Shown piece by piece: positions 59,882-64,000 of a DNA stretch of 64,000 bases (position 1 is its first letter; each line of letters opens with the position of its first letter). This stretch comes from an uncultured cyanobacterium (GTDB taxonomy: Bacteria; Cyanobacteriota; Cyanobacteriia; Cyanobacteriales; Nostocaceae): NCBI GenBank assembly GCA_963740315.1, contig CAVUDP010000002.1:3520001-3584000 (forward strand), given 5' to 3'. The position numbers were made by a program, and so were the translations under genes. Below the pieces are notes generated by a model that did not search any database, was not told the DNA's origin, and saw only the letters and a list, made by a program, of their open reading frames with translations.

Positions 59882-60352
59882 ATGAATACTTTTAACTCTC
59901 ATAGCGATATAGAATCTTTAATCTCTAGATTGAAACAGCTAGAAGCCGAAAACAGTATCTGGAAAGAAAACACTTTAAGGCTACAGCGTTCCCTTGATGA
60001 GTTAAAGCGAGATTTTAGCGATCGCCAAGAAACAAAGCAAATACAAACTATGCAGAAGACGATTTTAGAATTGTCCGCACAAGTCGCAGAATTTCAGCAA
60101 TGTTTGAGTCAATTTTCAGTTGGGGATAACGGCTTTATATACCCCGGTAATAATCAAATCATTAATCGAGAACAAGACTTAGATAATGATGAAATGGTAA
60201 GTCATTTACTTGACTTAATGGAAGAAGACACCGAAGAAATTGAAGAAAAGCGAGAAATCATATCTGAGTCTGACAAAGAATTTAAAATACAAAGAATAAT
60301 TTTTTTGCTGGATAGAATTTATGTAGTAGAAGAAATGGTCGATCGATATTGA
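59882..60352 (+). CDS. Coiled-coil protein; truncated paralog of the downstream pentapeptide protein
   Basis: N-terminal segment aligns with the 60586 protein (SLISRLKQLEAENSIWKEN vs SLVSRIEQLEAQQEIWKKN). Confidence 0.7.
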   Translation: MNTFNSHSDIESLISRLKQLEAENSIWKENTLRLQRSLDELKRDFSDRQETKQIQTMQKTILELSAQVAEFQQCLSQFSVGDNGFIYPGNNQIINREQDLDNDEMVSHLLDLMEEDTEEIEEKREIISESDKEFKIQRIIFLLDRIYVVEEMVDRY

Positions 60353-60585
60353 AGAGTTTTTGCTGCGCGATCGCAATTCTACCATTCTCAAAAAGCTGAA
60401 TAAACCCGGTTTCTTTGAGTGACTAGTAAGAAACTGGGTTTCTCGTCGATATGCCGATCGCTTTGTGCAATTTGTGAAAAACCTGTGAGTGCGATCGCAA
60501 TTTTGGGCAACTTAAATATGGGGTTGCACAAATAATATTGCTGTCATCCTTGTATCATAAGGCACTTTACAGGAGGCGGATTTTA

Positions 60586-61674
60586 ATGACTATTTCAAAT
60601 ACAAATAATAATTTAGCTTCGTTGGTTTCTAGGATAGAGCAACTTGAAGCTCAACAAGAGATTTGGAAAAAGAATACTATTTGGTTAAAACGCTGTTTTG
60701 ATGAATTAAAGCAGGAATTTAATAAATTAGCGGAATTATCACTCTTAGAAAGCACGCAGGAAAAGGTTTTACAATTATCCGCGCAAGTAGTTGAGTTACA
60801 ACAAAGCCTCGATTGCTCGTCTGATGTAATTTTAGAAAGTAACGAAGTGATTGAAGATGTTACTTATGGCGAAATTGTTAGTGCTGAAGAGTTTTGGCAA
60901 CGTTATGAAAATGGCGATCGCAATTTTACCGGGATTAATTTAACTGGGGCAGATTTAACTGAAGATTCACCAAGCGATGTGAATTTAAGCAGGGCTAATT
61001 TAACTCAAGCAAGGCTAAGTGGTACTAACTGGAGTCGTGAAAACCTTAGTGGTGCAAATTTAACACAAGCAGATTTGAACAACACAAGCTTATGTAATGC
61101 CAATTTGAAAGAAGCAAATTTAAGTGAAGCTAACTTAAGCCAAGCTGATTTTAGTAATGCTAACTTATCAAATGCTTGTTTAGAAGGAGCAAATTTGATT
61201 CAAGCTGATTTTAGTGGAGCCAACTTAAGCAAAGCAACCTTCAGTGATTCAAGTGGAAATTCAGCCGATTTAATTGGTGTTAATTTTAGTGGAGCTAATC
61301 TTAGTGGAGTTAACTTTAATAGAGTTGATTTAACCGCAGCAGATTTAAGTCAAACTAATTTGCAAAAAGCAGAGTTTAGTAATGAAACAAGGTTAAAGGG
61401 TGCTAATTTTAGTGAAGCAAATCTTATTAAAGCCTGTCTAAGCGGTGCAAATTTAAGTGGAGCCGATTTATCAGAAGCGAGCTTGTGCGGAGCATATTTA
61501 GAAAATAGCGATCTAAGCAACGCAAATCTCACCTCAGCCGATTTACGTGGGGCTGATTTAACAGATGCCAATTTATCAAATGCCTGTTTAGAAGATGCCA
61601 ACCTAGCAGGAGCAATCCTCGATGGCGCAAATCTTTCAGGTGCTATGATGCCGGATGGCACAACCCACGAATAA
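60586..61674 (+). CDS. Pentapeptide repeat protein with N-terminal coiled coil
   Basis: AGGAGG RBS; RYENGDRNF followed by A(N/D)LxX repeats; MPDGT end. Confidence 0.92.
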   Translation: MTISNTNNNLASLVSRIEQLEAQQEIWKKNTIWLKRCFDELKQEFNKLAELSLLESTQEKVLQLSAQVVELQQSLDCSSDVILESNEVIEDVTYGEIVSAEEFWQRYENGDRNFTGINLTGADLTEDSPSDVNLSRANLTQARLSGTNWSRENLSGANLTQADLNNTSLCNANLKEANLSEANLSQADFSNANLSNACLEGANLIQADFSGANLSKATFSDSSGNSADLIGVNFSGANLSGVNFNRVDLTAADLSQTNLQKAEFSNETRLKGANFSEANLIKACLSGANLSGADLSEASLCGAYLENSDLSNANLTSADLRGADLTDANLSNACLEDANLAGAILDGANLSGAMMPDGTTHE

Positions 61675-61680
61675 AAAACG

Positions 61681-61885
61681 CCCTCACCCTCGAAGGGTAG
61701 GGAACCACCAATACGAAGCCCACCTGCGTGGGCTTGTAAAAATCTTGTAGTAGTTCACCAAATCCTCGATACTAATCAAAATACTGGGAGACGTTGCACT
61801 GCAACGTCTCTACAAGGTTTATCTGTATTTAATTAGTCCGCGCAGGCGGACTTCGCTTGTGTAGACGCGGTTTCAACCGCCCGGT
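61681..61885. repeat. Cluster of REP-like palindromes between convergent genes
   Basis: CGAAGCCCACCTGCGTGGGCT and inverted AGTCCGCGCAGGCGGACTTCG; GAGACGTTGCACTGCAACGTCTCTAC. Confidence 0.8.
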
Positions 61886-61904
61886 CTAATTTAATACTTC
61901 CTAC

Positions 61905-63635
61905 TCAATATTTCCTCTCTTTCGGCTCAAACATGGTAATCGACACTGGACGATATTGAATATCAATTCCGGCTGGGGAATAGTACGCCATCGTGTGCTT
62001 CAAATATTTATCATCGTCTCTTTCTGTATAGTCTTCCCGACAATGTGCGCCTCTACTTTCTTGTCTATTAAGAGCCGATGTCATTATCATTTGTCCGACT
62101 ACCATCAAGCTTCGTAATTCCAAAGCCTCGATAAGTTCTGTATTCCAACAACTGCCTTTGTCGTCTAAGTAAATTTGCGAGTAATTATTCTGGATTTGCT
62201 GTATTTTTTCTAATCCTTGTGTCATCAATTCTTCGTTACGAAATACGCCGCAGTAATCTGTCATGGCATCTTGGAATTCTTGCCGCACTTGATTAATGCG
62301 GTATTCTCCGGGCTGTTCCAATAAGCTTTGAATTTGCTGCTTGGCTTCGCTTATATAATGCTGCTCGTCTATAGAAGGTAATTTACGATTTTCTACGTAT
62401 CTGGCTATGCTTGCTCCGGTTCTGCGTCCGTAAACAACACATTCTAATAGCGAGTTACTACCGAGACGATTTGCTCCATGTACGGATACGCAAGCGCTTT
62501 CTCCAGCAGCAAAAAAGCCTTCGACCAAATTATCTCCACTGCTGCGAACTTGTCCGTCGGTGTTTACTGGGATACCACCCATCGAATAGTGGATTGTTGG
62601 ACGTATGGGCATTGGTTCGTTTACCGCGTCAACTCCTACTAAACGGTGTGCTTCTTCCCAACAAAAGGGAACGCGGCTCATGATTTTTTCTTTGCCCATG
62701 TGACGTAAATCCAGATAAACACAAGGACCACCAGGGCTACCATCGCGATGAGCGCCTCTTCCAGCACGGACTTCGCGGGTAATCGCCCTTGATGTAATGT
62801 CCCTTGGCGCTAATTCCATCCGAGAAGGAGCGTAATTTGCCATAAAGCGATCGCCTTCGCAATTGATCAAATATGCTCCTTCACCACGCACGGCTTCGGA
62901 AATTAATACGCCGACAGGGTACAAGCCTGTTGGGTGAAATTGCACAAATTCCATATCCTCTAATGGCAAACCAGCAAGGGCTGTTATAGCTAAACCATCG
63001 CCTGTAGAAGCATAATCATTAGATGTCGTATTGAAAGCTCTACCGTAACCACCTGTAGCGAACATTACAGCTTTAGCTCGCACAACTTCCATATGTCCGT
63101 CAAGGATGCGGAACATTAACACCCCTTTCGCTTGATTTTCTTCCAATATCAAGCGCATTACATACCATTCATCATAAATATGTACGCCATAACGCCGCAG
63201 ATTATTAACCAATTCATGCAAAATTGCATGACCAGTTTTATCGGCAGCGTAGCAGGTACGATTGTGAGTATGTCCGCCAAACGCCCGCTGAGCAATTCTA
63301 CCGTCATCCAAACGAGAGAACAAAACGCCCATGTGTTCCAAATCGATCACCACATCTGGCGCTTCTTTGGTGAGAATCTCTACTGCATCCTGATCTGCTA
63401 AATAATCGGAACCTTTTACGGTATCAAAAGCGTGCGCTTCCCAAGTATCAGCAGAATCAACATTTTTGAGAGTAGCCGCGATACCACCTTGCGCCGCTAC
63501 CGAATGAGAACGAATCGGGTGAGTTTTAGCAATGACAGCAATACTTAAACTAGGATTAGTCCGCGCAATTTCCACCGCAGCGCGACTTCCAGCCAATCCC
63601 CCACCAACTATGATTACATCGTGTTCTAACATCAT
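61905..63635 (-). CDS. sdhA: Succinate dehydrogenase/fumarate reductase flavoprotein subunit
   Basis: GGGLAG, RSHSVAAQGG, QFHPT, ELAPRD, HYSMGG, HGANRLGSNSL, ESRGAH. Confidence 0.96.
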   Translation of the reverse strand: MMLEHDVIIVGGGLAGSRAAVEIARTNPSLSIAVIAKTHPIRSHSVAAQGGIAATLKNVDSADTWEAHAFDTVKGSDYLADQDAVEILTKEAPDVVIDLEHMGVLFSRLDDGRIAQRAFGGHTHNRTCYAADKTGHAILHELVNNLRRYGVHIYDEWYVMRLILEENQAKGVLMFRILDGHMEVVRAKAVMFATGGYGRAFNTTSNDYASTGDGLAITALAGLPLEDMEFVQFHPTGLYPVGVLISEAVRGEGAYLINCEGDRFMANYAPSRMELAPRDITSRAITREVRAGRGAHRDGSPGGPCVYLDLRHMGKEKIMSRVPFCWEEAHRLVGVDAVNEPMPIRPTIHYSMGGIPVNTDGQVRSSGDNLVEGFFAAGESACVSVHGANRLGSNSLLECVVYGRRTGASIARYVENRKLPSIDEQHYISEAKQQIQSLLEQPGEYRINQVRQEFQDAMTDYCGVFRNEELMTQGLEKIQQIQNNYSQIYLDDKGSCWNTELIEALELRSLMVVGQMIMTSALNRQESRGAHCREDYTERDDDKYLKHTMAYYSPAGIDIQYRPVSITMFEPKERKY

Positions 63636-63685
63636 TCCCCCCGACTTTAAGAAACCTATTTTTACATAGTTACTCATATTTAGGC

Positions 63686-63852
63686 AGATGGGGGGATGGG
63701 GAGATGGGGAGATGGGGGGATGGGGGGATGGGGAGAGGGGGGAGATGGGGTAGATGAGGTAGAAAATCCTTAATTCCTAACTCCTAACTGCTAACTCCTA
63801 ACTCCTAACTCCTAACTCTCTATGCCCCATTCCCCATGCCCAATCCAAAATC
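63686..63852. repeat. STRR arrays
   Basis: (GATGGGGR)n, (CTCCTAA)n. Confidence 0.9.
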
Positions 63853-63854
63853 AA

Positions 63855-64000
63855 TTAACCCGCTACAGGTTGTTGTTGGGAAACGTTACCTGGAATCGGT
63901 TCCATAGTTGTTCCTGGTTCTATAGCAGATAGTTCAATATGATTTATCAATGTGGTTACGAATGCGAATAGTAAGAAAGGTAGGGATAAGAGTACTACGA
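63855..64000 (-). CDS. 3' end of a hypothetical membrane protein (partial)
   Basis: Frame open to the window end: VVLLSLPFLLFAFVTTLINHIELSAIEPG...QQQPVAG*. Confidence 0.6.
   Translation of the reverse strand, partial: VVLLSLPFLLFAFVTTLINHIELSAIEPGTTMEPIPGNVSQQQPVAG

Noticed and set aside
1..64000. tRNA, rRNA, prophage, integrase or transposase genes
   Set aside because: No recognisable signatures seen by eye or in the ORF track

Overview
This is 64 kb of chromosome from a filamentous, probably heterocyst-forming cyanobacterium (Nostocales/Rivulariaceae-like). That call rests on about 30 HIP1 GCGATCGC octamers, abundant heptamer/octamer STRR arrays and Nostocales-type gene content. Most of the window is core genome: gpsA, sigC-furA-peptidoglycan-binding protein-cobN-CikA-like kinase, ftsX, aat, serS-rseP-nth-rpsN, pex, hik2 and sdhA. 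A few accessory genes are interspersed: an SGNH/cadherin/RTX secreted protein, a DUF433/DUF5615 toxin-antitoxin pair, an SMI1/KNR4 protein and a single-polypeptide restriction-modification enzyme. I found no rRNA, tRNA, CRISPR array, transposase, integrase or phage genes, and no large multi-gene novel system that I can support. The best leads are small and mostly outside the ORF track. (i) A tandemly duplicated 388-bp intergenic unit carries a sigma70-type promoter, a leaderless 30-aa cationic/hydrophobic micro-ORF and a terminator; one copy is interrupted by a MITE whose empty site is visible in the other copy. (ii) A 117-119-bp tandem REP/MITE array has compensatory hairpin changes. (iii) A candidate sRNA and paired GTA-N8-TAC sites lie upstream of pex. 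(iv) Repeats have invaded cobN and a DUF39 gene in frame. (v) Several frameshifted, split or decayed genes are missed by the ORF track. Family assignments are from recalled motifs, not from database searches.
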